This document shows, one piece after another, positions 47,175-55,782 of a DNA stretch of 64,000 nucleotides (position 1 is its first letter; each line of letters opens with the position of its first letter). Origin of the DNA: a virus; the IMG/VR virus record IMGVR_UViG_3300024496_000012, one strand, 5' to 3'. A program made the translations under genes and the position numbers. The notes under the pieces are model-generated. The model was not told the DNA's origin and did no database searches. It saw only the letters and a program-made list of their open reading frames with translations.

Positions 47175-48344
47175 ATGTCACAACTACTCGAGTCACGCTG
47201 GTCGGAAACCAAAGAGGCACTACTTGAAGGCCTACAAGGTAACAAGCGTTCAGTAATGGCAACAACTCTAGAGAATACCCGCAAGTATCTCGCAGAAGCT
47301 GCTACTGCTGGTGCTACTTCCGCTGGCAATATTGCAACACTAAATCGTGTGATCCTTCCAGTGATCAGACGTGTAATGCCAACCGTTATTGCTAACGAGT
47401 TGGTAGGCGTACAGCCACTAACTGGCCCAGTTGGTCAGATCCACACTCTACGTGTTCGTTACAGCGACAGCTTTAACAGCACAAGTGGTACTGATATCAC
47501 AGCTGGTGATGAGGCACTAAGCCCATTCAAGATTGCTGAAGGCTATTCTGGCAGCAAGTCTGACAAAGCAGCTACTACAGCAGCAATGGAAGGCGTAGCT
47601 GGTAACAGACTAAGCATTCAAATCTTGAAACAAACTGTCGAAGCGAAGACACGTAAGTTGTCAGCTCGCTGGACATTTGAAGCAGCTCAAGATGCACAAG
47701 CCCAACAAGGCATTGACATCGAAGCTGAAATCATGGCAGCTTTGGCTCAAGAAATCACTGCTGAAATCGACCAGGAAGTTATTGGTAGCCTAAATAACTT
47801 AGCAGGTACAGTGCTAACATACGACCAGAACGCAGTTTCAGGTACAGCTACATTCGTTGGTGACGAGCATGCCGCATTGGCAGTTCAAATCAACCGTGTT
47901 GCTAACTTGATCGCTCAGCGTACACGTCGCGGCGCAGGTAACTGGGCTGTTGTTTCCCCAACAACCTTGACACTGCTACAGAGTGCAACTACTTCAGCAT
48001 TTGCACGTACAACAGAAGGAACTTTCGAAGCTCCAACAAACACCAAGTTCGTTGGTACATTGAACAGCGCAATGCGTGTTTATGTAAACGGCTATGCAAC
48101 ATCTGACGATGTTCTAGTTGGTTACAAGGGTTCAAGCGAAAGCGATGCAGCAGCATTCTACTGCCCATACATCCCATTGATGTCAAGCGGTGTTGTGCTA
48201 GATCCATCAACCTTCGAACCAGTCGTAAGCTTCATGACACGTTATGGTTATGTTGAACTTACAAATACTGCTTCGTCTCTAGGTAACGCAGCTGACTACC
48301 TAGGCAAGGTTGCTGTAACATCTGCAAATCTACGTTTTGCTTAA
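47175..48344 (+). CDS. gp23: Major capsid protein
   Basis: ILPVIRRVMPTVIANELVGVQPLTGPVGQIHTLR, VEAKTRKLSARWTFEAAQD, AFYCPYIPL, MTRYG; likely maturation site YLAE/A. Confidence 0.97.
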   Translation: MSQLLESRWSETKEALLEGLQGNKRSVMATTLENTRKYLAEAATAGATSAGNIATLNRVILPVIRRVMPTVIANELVGVQPLTGPVGQIHTLRVRYSDSFNSTSGTDITAGDEALSPFKIAEGYSGSKSDKAATTAAMEGVAGNRLSIQILKQTVEAKTRKLSARWTFEAAQDAQAQQGIDIEAEIMAALAQEITAEIDQEVIGSLNNLAGTVLTYDQNAVSGTATFVGDEHAALAVQINRVANLIAQRTRRGAGNWAVVSPTTLTLLQSATTSAFARTTEGTFEAPTNTKFVGTLNSAMRVYVNGYATSDDVLVGYKGSSESDAAAFYCPYIPLMSSGVVLDPSTFEPVVSFMTRYGYVELTNTASSLGNAADYLGKVAVTSANLRFA

Positions 48345-48370
48345 TCGATAACACGATTAATAAACGATCA

Positions 48371-48397
48371 GAAAGCCCCGCAAGGGGCTTTCTTTTT
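48371..48397 (+). terminator. Rho-independent terminator after the major capsid gene
   Basis: GAAAGCCCC-GCAA-GGGGCTTTC followed by TTTTT. Confidence 0.9.
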
Positions 48398-48401
48398 GAC
48401 T

Positions 48402-48407
48402 TAAATA
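48402..48407 (+). promoter_or_regulatory. Late promoter core TAAATA, 5 nt before GTG 48413
   Basis: CTTAAATATCTGC-GTG, directly after the terminator; no SD. Confidence 0.55.
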
Positions 48408-48412
48408 TCTGC

Positions 48413-48682
48413 GTGGAAATACATTCTGAAGACGATTTTAACAAAGCTAGGAGTTTAATGGACTCTTGGCGCAGACAGTTTCCTATGTTTAAACACGATG
48501 TTGATAAGATAGAAAATATCATCGAAACCCATATACAAAACTACAGCATAGCACTAGTACATTATAGACAGACCAAGCAACGTAGATTTTTAGAACGTGC
48601 CCAAGACGAAATAAATGAAATAAATCGTGTGATCCTGCAGGCTGAAAAAGCCCAAGTTATGGCTTTACTCAGCCAAAGATAA
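48413..48682 (+). CDS. Hypothetical helical protein
   Basis: 89 aa; fills the gap between the terminator and the next promoter. Confidence 0.65.
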   Translation: MEIHSEDDFNKARSLMDSWRRQFPMFKHDVDKIENIIETHIQNYSIALVHYRQTKQRRFLERAQDEINEINRVILQAEKAQVMALLSQR

Positions 48683-48768
48683 ATACTTTGTCTAATATAA
48701 GAGCCGGCACAGTTCGGACTTATGCGGAACCAACCGCGTAGACCTAGAACGTCACAAGGAGAAAACAA
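48680..48768 (+). promoter_or_regulatory. Late promoter (TAAATA 48680-85) and structured 5' leader
   Basis: TATGCGG-AACCAA-CCGCGTA (48721-40) and GAC-CTAGAAC-GTC (48741-53) immediately before the AAGGAG SD. Confidence 0.55.
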
Positions 48769-49263
48769 ATGGCACGCCCATTAAAGAAAGATATTAACGG
48801 TACAGAAGTACTAGGCACATATGTTAACAGCGGAGCTGGTATCAAGTGCGAGTTTTATGATGGTTCAACAAACCAAACTGATGGTGTTATCATCAAGCAA
48901 AGAGGTGCAAGAACTTTCGTAGTTTGCCGCGTAGGGGACATTGGAACTACAGCTAACTATAAGACATGTTCTTTAGTTGACACAACACCAAATGCCGCAG
49001 GAGAAATGCGTATTCGTGGTTATGATGTTAGCGCAGGCGGACAAGGTGCACAGGTTACAGCCAACCTAGTTCCAATCGCCAAAATCACAAGAACAACTGC
49101 TGTAGGATTTCCAAGCAGTCCAGTATTAAACAGTAACGGATTCTGGGACAGCGAAGATAGCACCAGTTCTACTAACCACGATGAAAAGCGTTATACATGG
49201 TATCTATCCAACGACTCTTCAGCAGATTATATCGTATTGACACCAATCACTGCTAAGAGCTAA
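48769..49263 (+). CDS. Virion structural protein (possible head decoration/fibre base)
   Basis: 164 aa, strong SD and late promoter; first gene of the post-capsid structural cluster. Confidence 0.6.
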   Translation: MARPLKKDINGTEVLGTYVNSGAGIKCEFYDGSTNQTDGVIIKQRGARTFVVCRVGDIGTTANYKTCSLVDTTPNAAGEMRIRGYDVSAGGQGAQVTANLVPIAKITRTTAVGFPSSPVLNSNGFWDSEDSTSSTNHDEKRYTWYLSNDSSADYIVLTPITAKS

Positions 49264-49275
49264 TAAGGAATCATA

Positions 49276-50250
49276 ATGGGACAAGTAGTTCAAACCAACG
49301 GCGATTATAAGATTAAGACAGGTGATGGTCACATCATCACTCTAGATACCGGTCCTCAAGTAGGAACGGTATTAGTCACTGGTAATCTTATCGTCAAAGG
49401 AACGAATCTAACTGTTTCGTCTGATAACTTAAACGTTAAAGATAACATCATTACTGTTAACTATGGTGAAACCGGAGCGGGTGTAACTCTACGCTATTCT
49501 GGAGTACAGGTAGATCGAGGAACACTCGCACCCGCAGGAATTATTTTTGATGAAGTAACACAGACTTGGTTATTTCCTCAAGGTGTTGTTGGCGGCGCTT
49601 TTAACTACAGCAACAGTAAAATAAAAGTAAAAAATATTCTAACAAACTCAGATACCGACGGTGGAGATCTTACTCTAATCGGAACAGGTAATGGTGTTGT
49701 TAAAGTAACTGGTACATCTAACTATACCGGACAGGTACTGGCTAGAAATGATGACACCATTCTAACTAACAAAGGCTATGTTGACTATGCTATTCAAAAT
49801 AGTCCGTCCTTCCAGATTACTAGTTCAAATACGAGAGTAATCGCAACAGACAAAGATGTTAGCGGTTCTCTAAACTATATTATAGCTAATACAGGGTATT
49901 CGACTTTCGGTGAAAGTGCGGTATCTGTGTTAATAGATGGCGTTCTTACATCACAGTTTTACAGCAACAGAGCTGTAATCCAAGGACTTGAGTTTAACGC
50001 TAACGAAATAACAAATAATCTAACCAACGGTGATATTAGTTTAAGAACACAGGGCACAGGTAAAATTAAAACAAACTATGCTCTACAACTAGAAACTATT
50101 AATGTTACCCCAGCTACAATCTCTAGCTCAACATTATTTTATAGTTCTCCTGTAGGACTTGGTTCTACAGGACTTTCATTTGTGAATACATCATACAGTG
50201 GAGAATTAATAAGTAAGAATAGAGCATTGGTTCTAAGCATGATATTTTAA
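49276..50250 (+). CDS. Fibre-like structural protein
   Basis: GNLIVKGT...VKDNIITVN (shared with the protein at 1640-3523), LTNKGYVD motif, hydrophobic C-terminal helix RALVLSMIF. Confidence 0.65.
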   Translation: MGQVVQTNGDYKIKTGDGHIITLDTGPQVGTVLVTGNLIVKGTNLTVSSDNLNVKDNIITVNYGETGAGVTLRYSGVQVDRGTLAPAGIIFDEVTQTWLFPQGVVGGAFNYSNSKIKVKNILTNSDTDGGDLTLIGTGNGVVKVTGTSNYTGQVLARNDDTILTNKGYVDYAIQNSPSFQITSSNTRVIATDKDVSGSLNYIIANTGYSTFGESAVSVLIDGVLTSQFYSNRAVIQGLEFNANEITNNLTNGDISLRTQGTGKIKTNYALQLETINVTPATISSSTLFYSSPVGLGSTGLSFVNTSYSGELISKNRALVLSMIF

Positions 50251-50259
50251 GAGATAGAC

Positions 50260-50628
50260 ATGATAACAAGTACATTAAGCACATCGACATCAATAACAGT
50301 TCCAGTAAGGGTTTTTAAAAGTACCACTACCGGCGCTGTGGGAGGAACTGCACAAGTTTCAGCGGTAACTACTATCATGCTCTGTAACACCGCAGCAGTA
50401 ACAATCACTGATGAAACTGTAAACTCTGTAACAGTCAACATTTATTTGGTCAAATCGGGCAGCAGTTATAGCACTTCTAACCAAGTAGTAAACAGTCTTA
50501 TCGTGCCTGCAGGCGAAACGGTATTCTTTAGCGAAGAACGTATCGTTCTAGATGGTAACGATGAAATCTGGGTAGGTACATCGGCAGCTAACGTTCTAGC
50601 CGTAACAGTGAGCTCGTTGCCAGTATGA
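50260..50628 (+). CDS. Small beta-sandwich structural/adaptor protein
   Basis: 122 aa; TTIMLCN...VPAGET...ERIVL motif; paralog of 55041-55373. Confidence 0.65.
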   Translation: MITSTLSTSTSITVPVRVFKSTTTGAVGGTAQVSAVTTIMLCNTAAVTITDETVNSVTVNIYLVKSGSSYSTSNQVVNSLIVPAGETVFFSEERIVLDGNDEIWVGTSAANVLAVTVSSLPV

Positions 50629-51128
50629 AGTTTCTTAAGCAAAAAAATATCAGCCGTTTTGGCCTTACTGATCAAACTTTGTTTACCAACGAGTTTGGTC
50701 GTCAAGTGACCAATGCCACAGGCGGTCTGATGCTGCCAAAAGGAACTACAGGTCAACGACCCAAGGTCAGCGGAGTAAAAGTTCCTAACGGTGATAGCAA
50801 CGGTTACATACGCTACAACACAACAACCAACGCTATCGAAGCATATGTTTTGGGTGTTTGGCAGGTTGTATCAGCACCGGCTTCAAACGCTATCCAAAAA
50901 CAAACACTTGGACCTGGTGATGCCAGCACCACAGAGTTTGGACCATTATTATCGAGCCCTCCACAGGACGATGCGATTATTGTTCTTGTAGGAAATGTAT
51001 GGCAGATTTCTGTCTCAAACTTCAATATTCTCTATAACTACCAGGGCACAGGCAACGCCTGGCTACAGTTTACAAGCCCCCCACCAATCGGCGCCGATAT
51101 TACCGTCTATCTTGGATTCTCTAGATAA
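50625..51128 (+). CDS. Structural protein (fibre segment)
   Basis: LMLPKGTTGQRP...GYIRYNTTTNAIEAY...W repeat shared with 52624 and 53984; C-terminal beta-sandwich. Confidence 0.65.
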   Translation: MKFLKQKNISRFGLTDQTLFTNEFGRQVTNATGGLMLPKGTTGQRPKVSGVKVPNGDSNGYIRYNTTTNAIEAYVLGVWQVVSAPASNAIQKQTLGPGDASTTEFGPLLSSPPQDDAIIVLVGNVWQISVSNFNILYNYQGTGNAWLQFTSPPPIGADITVYLGFSR

Positions 51129-51140
51129 TCCAAATAGCAA

Positions 51141-51170
51141 TAAATATACGTATCGGGTTGGAGATACGTA
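51141..51170 (+). promoter_or_regulatory. Late promoter (TAAATA 51141-46) and RBS-sequestering hairpin
   Basis: TACGTATC (51147-54) / GATACGTA (51163-70) is a perfect 8-bp inverted repeat overlapping GGAG (51160-63) and abutting ATG 51171. Confidence 0.65.
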
Positions 51171-52622
51171 ATGGCATTAGTCATCAAAGATAGAGTAAAA
51201 GCAAGGACTCGTACAGTTGGTACGGGCTCTTTAACATTAGAAAATACAGTTCCAGGATTCCAGAGCTTTGAAGCAGTGGGCAATGGAAATGAAACCTACT
51301 ACGGTATCACTGATACTGTGGGTAACTGGGAAATCGGACGCGGTACATATAGTTCTGTAGGCCCGACCTTATCTAGAGATTCAGTACTTTCTTCAAGCAA
51401 CAACAATCAACTAGTACCCTTTGACATAGGATCAAAGACAGTTTTCTGCACATTTCCAGCCAGCCTAGCGCAGACAAACTTCTCTAATGCAGGATCGGGT
51501 TTTGGTAGTTTTACTCTAAACGGGCATACTATCGATACCACTGATGCTGGAGCGATTACCTTACAGCGAGCTACTACTGTTAACGGAAATCTAACAGTAA
51601 ATGGAAACGTTATTTCCACAGGAAGTTTTGCTGGAAATGCTGCTACAGCTACAAAACTTTTAACATCAAGAACAATCAACGGTGTAGCATTTGACGGTTC
51701 AGCTAACATAACTGTTACAGCCGATGCTAACACTTTATCTGGCACAACACTAAAACCAGCAGTGATCAACTCTAGTCTAGTCAGCGTAGGAACTATCACT
51801 ACTGGAACATGGTCAGCAAACTTTGGTGCTGTCAGCGGAGCAAATTTAACTAACCTAACAGCAGGAAACTTAACTGGAACCATACCATACGGTGTCTTAG
51901 GTAACAGCAATCTCTATGTAGGTACTACACAGATAGCACTTAATAGAGGACCAGCATCACAGACCTTAACAGGAATCAGCGTTGATGGAAATGCCTACAG
52001 TGCTACAAAGTTACAGACTTCAAGGAATATTAACGGAGTTGCTTTTGACGGACAGATTGACATAACAGTTCCTGCAGCATCTAATACATTAACTGGCACA
52101 ACACTAGCATCTAATGTCGTTAACAGCAGTCTTACCAGCGTTGGTACATTAACTGCACTAACTGTTAATAATACCGTCCATAGAACCGTAGCTACATTTA
52201 CAAGAAAACATTCTACTACACAGCTAGTATCAAATGCCACAGCAGGTAAGATAGAATTTGACACAGTGGTTGATTCAGTATCAACTACAGGTATAACATA
52301 TCAAGGAGCACTTGATGCATTTCCAGGACGTTTTGTAAACACCAGCGGCGAAACTAGATCTGTGCATGTGAGTTTTAGTATACCTTTTGATGTAAACAAT
52401 GCAGGTTTTAGAGCTGCATGGATAGAAAAAGTCGGAGTTATCAAACTTAAATCTACCACAGTACCCATAGCAGGTGACTACCCACAGATTAGTATTTCGA
52501 CTACATTTACTCTAGCTCCTACAGAATATTTTGAAATATATGCTTATCAAACATCAGGCGTTAACCTTGCCACTGGCACTGGACCGTTTGGTGGAAACTA
52601 TGTTGAAGTAACTTGGATATAA
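51171..52622 (+). CDS. Tail-fibre-like protein
   Basis: N-terminal MALVIKDRVKARTRTVGTG...WEIGRGTY...LSR domain; two ATKLxTSRxINGVAFDG repeats; SSLTSVGTL repeats; C1q/TNF-like C-terminal domain. Confidence 0.75.
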   Translation: MALVIKDRVKARTRTVGTGSLTLENTVPGFQSFEAVGNGNETYYGITDTVGNWEIGRGTYSSVGPTLSRDSVLSSSNNNQLVPFDIGSKTVFCTFPASLAQTNFSNAGSGFGSFTLNGHTIDTTDAGAITLQRATTVNGNLTVNGNVISTGSFAGNAATATKLLTSRTINGVAFDGSANITVTADANTLSGTTLKPAVINSSLVSVGTITTGTWSANFGAVSGANLTNLTAGNLTGTIPYGVLGNSNLYVGTTQIALNRGPASQTLTGISVDGNAYSATKLQTSRNINGVAFDGQIDITVPAASNTLTGTTLASNVVNSSLTSVGTLTALTVNNTVHRTVATFTRKHSTTQLVSNATAGKIEFDTVVDSVSTTGITYQGALDAFPGRFVNTSGETRSVHVSFSIPFDVNNAGFRAAWIEKVGVIKLKSTTVPIAGDYPQISISTTFTLAPTEYFEIYAYQTSGVNLATGTGPFGGNYVEVTWI

Positions 52623-52623
52623 T

Positions 52624-53832
52624 ATGGCACCAGTCGGCGGTGGAGGCGGACCTCCAATATTTTTAAACGATGAGGAACCAGTAGTATTAGATGATATTAC
52701 TTCTGGCGAAGGCGCTCTAGGCGAAAGTTATAACGCCTATAATCCCGCAGCGGCATTAGGTCGTATCGGTGGCAAGTTATTAAAAGACAACCTTCTAAGG
52801 AATGGTGTTGATTTAACCTTCAGGAATCTCGCCAGCGACCCTGATCTATTATACCTAGACGTTACTAATAAACGAATCGGTATAAACATCAGCAGCCCAA
52901 CTGTAGCATTAGATCTTACCGGTCAGAATATTGTAACCAAAGGGCTAGAAGCTACCGGACAAGCACAGATCGGCAATGTTTTAATACAAGCACCTAATAC
53001 TTTCAGTACAGTAACTGGCCCTTTAGCTATCAGTCCTGCAGATATTGGAACTCCCTTCCAGCATAAGATATTACAGACCAGTGGATTAGAAATACGTGCA
53101 AACTACATTGGTAGTCTTAGCAATGGAAATATCGTGCTTGATCCTAATGGTTCGGGTACCGTAGAGTTTACAACTACTACTAATACTGTTGGCGATGTAG
53201 ATGTTACTGGAAACATATTTGTACAGGGCAATGTTAAAGCCAATGGCGGAAATATTACCATCGGCGACCAAGCCACTGATACAGTAACCATATCTCCAAA
53301 TATATCACAAGATCTATTACCTAGCACAACAAACACCGTAGACATTGGTAGTGCCAGTAAGAAGTGGCAAAACATATACACTGAAGAATGGCGTCGATTT
53401 ACTAATCTTAATGTTAACGCATTAACGATTAATAACAATACAAAAATTGACGGTGTTAACAATACTCTTTTTGACATCGCTACTAACGATACACTTACGC
53501 TTTCTCCAGGAACAGGTGTCGTTAACATAGAAAATATAAGTATCAAAGACAGTGATATCACTAATCTATCAGCTTCTACTCCTTTACAGCTAGCTAGTAC
53601 AGGTAACGGTTATTGGAAGTTTGCTGACAGCAATGGCTTTGTACTCCCATCGGGAACAGACGCAGAAGCACCTGTAAACCCAGAACCTGGATTTACCCGT
53701 TGGAATACTGACAAGGGCTACGTAGAGTGCTATGATGGCAGCGTTTATATTATTGCCACTGGCCCGGGCGATGTAGTCAACCGTGATAAAATGGAAGAGT
53801 ATGTCAATCTTTGGACCTTCGTACTGGGTTAA
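52624..53832 (+). CDS. Fibre-like structural protein (paralog of 53984)
   Basis: GRIGGKLLKDNLLRNGVDL..., LPSGTDAEAP...RWNTDKGYVECYDG, hydrophobic C-terminus NLWTFVLG. Confidence 0.7.
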   Translation: MAPVGGGGGPPIFLNDEEPVVLDDITSGEGALGESYNAYNPAAALGRIGGKLLKDNLLRNGVDLTFRNLASDPDLLYLDVTNKRIGINISSPTVALDLTGQNIVTKGLEATGQAQIGNVLIQAPNTFSTVTGPLAISPADIGTPFQHKILQTSGLEIRANYIGSLSNGNIVLDPNGSGTVEFTTTTNTVGDVDVTGNIFVQGNVKANGGNITIGDQATDTVTISPNISQDLLPSTTNTVDIGSASKKWQNIYTEEWRRFTNLNVNALTINNNTKIDGVNNTLFDIATNDTLTLSPGTGVVNIENISIKDSDITNLSASTPLQLASTGNGYWKFADSNGFVLPSGTDAEAPVNPEPGFTRWNTDKGYVECYDGSVYIIATGPGDVVNRDKMEEYVNLWTFVLG

Positions 53833-53845
53833 TTCCTATTCGGCA

Positions 53846-53983
53846 TAAATACTATTACTGTAAGGACCCGACCAAGGTCTTTACGATACTCAACTGTGGT
53901 AAACCAGCAAAGAGCCGTTAAAGCGGATGCGGAGAAATCCAAAATAGGTTAACCGTGAAACACGGGGTCGTATAGGAGAGCGC
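53846..53983 (+). promoter_or_regulatory. Late promoter (TAAATA 53846-51) and about 127-nt multi-stem 5' leader RNA
   Basis: Stems GTAAGGACC/GGTCTTTAC (53860-84), TGG-TAAA-CCA, CCGT-TAAA-GCGG, GGAT/ATCC and CCGTG-AAA-CACGG (53953-65); the first loop CGACCAA is complementary to 53991-97. Confidence 0.6.
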
Positions 53984-55033
53984 ATGGCTATTGGTCGTAT
54001 CAGTGGGCCGCTGCTCAAGGCTAACCTGAACCGTGACGGTGTGGACCTAGCCTTTGAGACGGACTTACTCTATCTAAGTGTTAATAACTCGCGCATCGGC
54101 GTTAATAACGTATCTCCTACGGCCGCTCTAGATGTTAACGGTACAACAAAATCAACAAACATAACAGTAGCAAATCAAGTTACTGTTGGAAACCTAGTTA
54201 TTTCTGGCAACACACTTGCCAGCACATCAGGAACTATTTCTTTTGTTCCTTCGGGTAATCAAGCTACTGTATATCATTCAAAACTACAAGTTGATGAGAT
54301 ACAGATCAGCGGAAATACTATTTCCACATTCAACTCAAATGCAAATCTAGAACTAGTTCCAAACGGTTCTGGCAAGCTAATGATTACCGGTAACACAAAC
54401 ATCACCGGTGATTTGAATGTCACTGGAAACATTTCCGCTACAGGAAATATCACTATCGGTGGTAATGTAACCATCGGTGATCAATCAACAGATAATGTAG
54501 TATTCAATGCAGGCATTAACAGCAACGTTCTGCCTGTAACCGACAACGCATACAGTCTAGGAAGTCCTTCAAAGAGATGGCGCAGCGTGTATGCCACAAA
54601 CTTGTTCACTGATAACTTTAATACTCCAACATTCAATGTCGGCAATATTAACTTTACTGGTAACACAATCAGTACACCAACAGGACAAGATCTCTTTATC
54701 AACGGTAATGGTACCGGTGGTATAAGATTAGGTAACTTCAAGGTAGTTGACAACACTATCACTAACGTATTATCTGGTGCTATCAGCCAGATAGTACAAA
54801 CAGGAACAGGTTACGTCAAGTTTGCCGGCACTAACGGTTTTGTTCCACCGGTTGGAACCAACGCTCAACGTCCAAACAATCAAGTTCTAGGTATGACAAG
54901 ATATAACACTCAGTCAAAAGCACTTGAAGTATGGGATGGATTAACATGGGCTAGCCCTGCAGGTGCTGCAGGTGCTGTCAGTCAAGCACAAGCACAAGAC
55001 ATCGCGCTGTCTTTAGTGATCATATTAGGATAA
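53984..55033 (+). CDS. Fibre-like structural protein
   Basis: MAIGRISGPLLKANLNRDGVDLAF...; PPVGTNAQRP...RYNTQSKALEVWDG; C-terminal QDIALSLVIILG. Confidence 0.75.
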   Translation: MAIGRISGPLLKANLNRDGVDLAFETDLLYLSVNNSRIGVNNVSPTAALDVNGTTKSTNITVANQVTVGNLVISGNTLASTSGTISFVPSGNQATVYHSKLQVDEIQISGNTISTFNSNANLELVPNGSGKLMITGNTNITGDLNVTGNISATGNITIGGNVTIGDQSTDNVVFNAGINSNVLPVTDNAYSLGSPSKRWRSVYATNLFTDNFNTPTFNVGNINFTGNTISTPTGQDLFINGNGTGGIRLGNFKVVDNTITNVLSGAISQIVQTGTGYVKFAGTNGFVPPVGTNAQRPNNQVLGMTRYNTQSKALEVWDGLTWASPAGAAGAVSQAQAQDIALSLVIILG

Positions 55034-55040
55034 GAGAACT

Positions 55041-55373
55041 ATGCCAACAGCATTTAAAAACGTTTTACAATCGAACTTAGGAACAGCGCCAACTACAGTA
55101 TTGACTACAGACGCTGGTGTTAAAACTACGATAGTAGGAATCAGCCTTACAAATGTTACTAGCAGTATCGTATTAGCTAGCATACACCTAGAAGATAGCG
55201 TATCGGCTACTTCTGCGTATTACATACAGAATGCTGTAATACCGCCCAACCAGAGTTTGCGAGTAGTCAATGGCGGCGAACGTCTAGTGTTAGGTGAGCA
55301 AACAGCAATAGTTATAACTACAAATACCGATGATAGTGTTGATCTAGTATTAAGTTACGTAGAGATCAGCTAA
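55041..55373 (+). CDS. Small beta-sandwich structural/adaptor protein
   Basis: MPTAFKN...VGISLTN...IPPNQSL...GERLVL; paralog of 50260. Confidence 0.7.
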   Translation: MPTAFKNVLQSNLGTAPTTVLTTDAGVKTTIVGISLTNVTSSIVLASIHLEDSVSATSAYYIQNAVIPPNQSLRVVNGGERLVLGEQTAIVITTNTDDSVDLVLSYVEIS

Positions 55374-55383
55374 GGAGATATAA

Positions 55384-55761
55384 ATGAGTTACGTTGGACA
55401 GATTACAACCGCAGACATACTTGGTACAGGTAACCCGAGATATTTCCTTGCACTTCGTAGAGATGAAGCAGGCAATCTTTATTTTGCTAAGATTGATCAG
55501 ATCAACTCTACAGAAAAGATCATTATTAATGTTCCCGGACCTAATGCCCAGAACTACGAAGATTTTGAATACGGTGTTGATTTTTTTGATGGAAGAACAG
55601 CCCAAGACCATAGCAGACCATATGAAAATCTGTTCTACGATCAATATCGTTGGGATGACAAGAATATTTTTTATTATATCACAGCCAAAGGAGAGTTGGC
55701 AGTAAGAGTTAACCAGGCCTATGAGTATGATCCAAGTCAGATCATGCCACCGGTAGTCTAA
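55384..55761 (+). CDS. Hypothetical structural-cluster protein
   Basis: 125 aa after an AAGGAG SD; YFLALRRDEAGNLYFAK...QYRWDDKNIFYYI. Confidence 0.65.
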   Translation: MSYVGQITTADILGTGNPRYFLALRRDEAGNLYFAKIDQINSTEKIIINVPGPNAQNYEDFEYGVDFFDGRTAQDHSRPYENLFYDQYRWDDKNIFYYITAKGELAVRVNQAYEYDPSQIMPPVV

Positions 55762-55782
55762 AATATTTAGGAAAACACAAAA

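Noticed and set aside
30211-48344. Inteins or introns in gp46, gp47, portal or capsid genes
   Set aside because: Lengths are normal, motifs are contiguous, and no C...HN splice junctions or LAGLIDADG blocks were seen.
51630-52080. Diversity-generating retroelement TR/VR pair from the duplicated ATKLxTSRxINGVAFDG segments
   Set aside because: Differences are spread over all bases and codon positions rather than template adenines, and no reverse transcriptase is present; these are ordinary fibre repeats.
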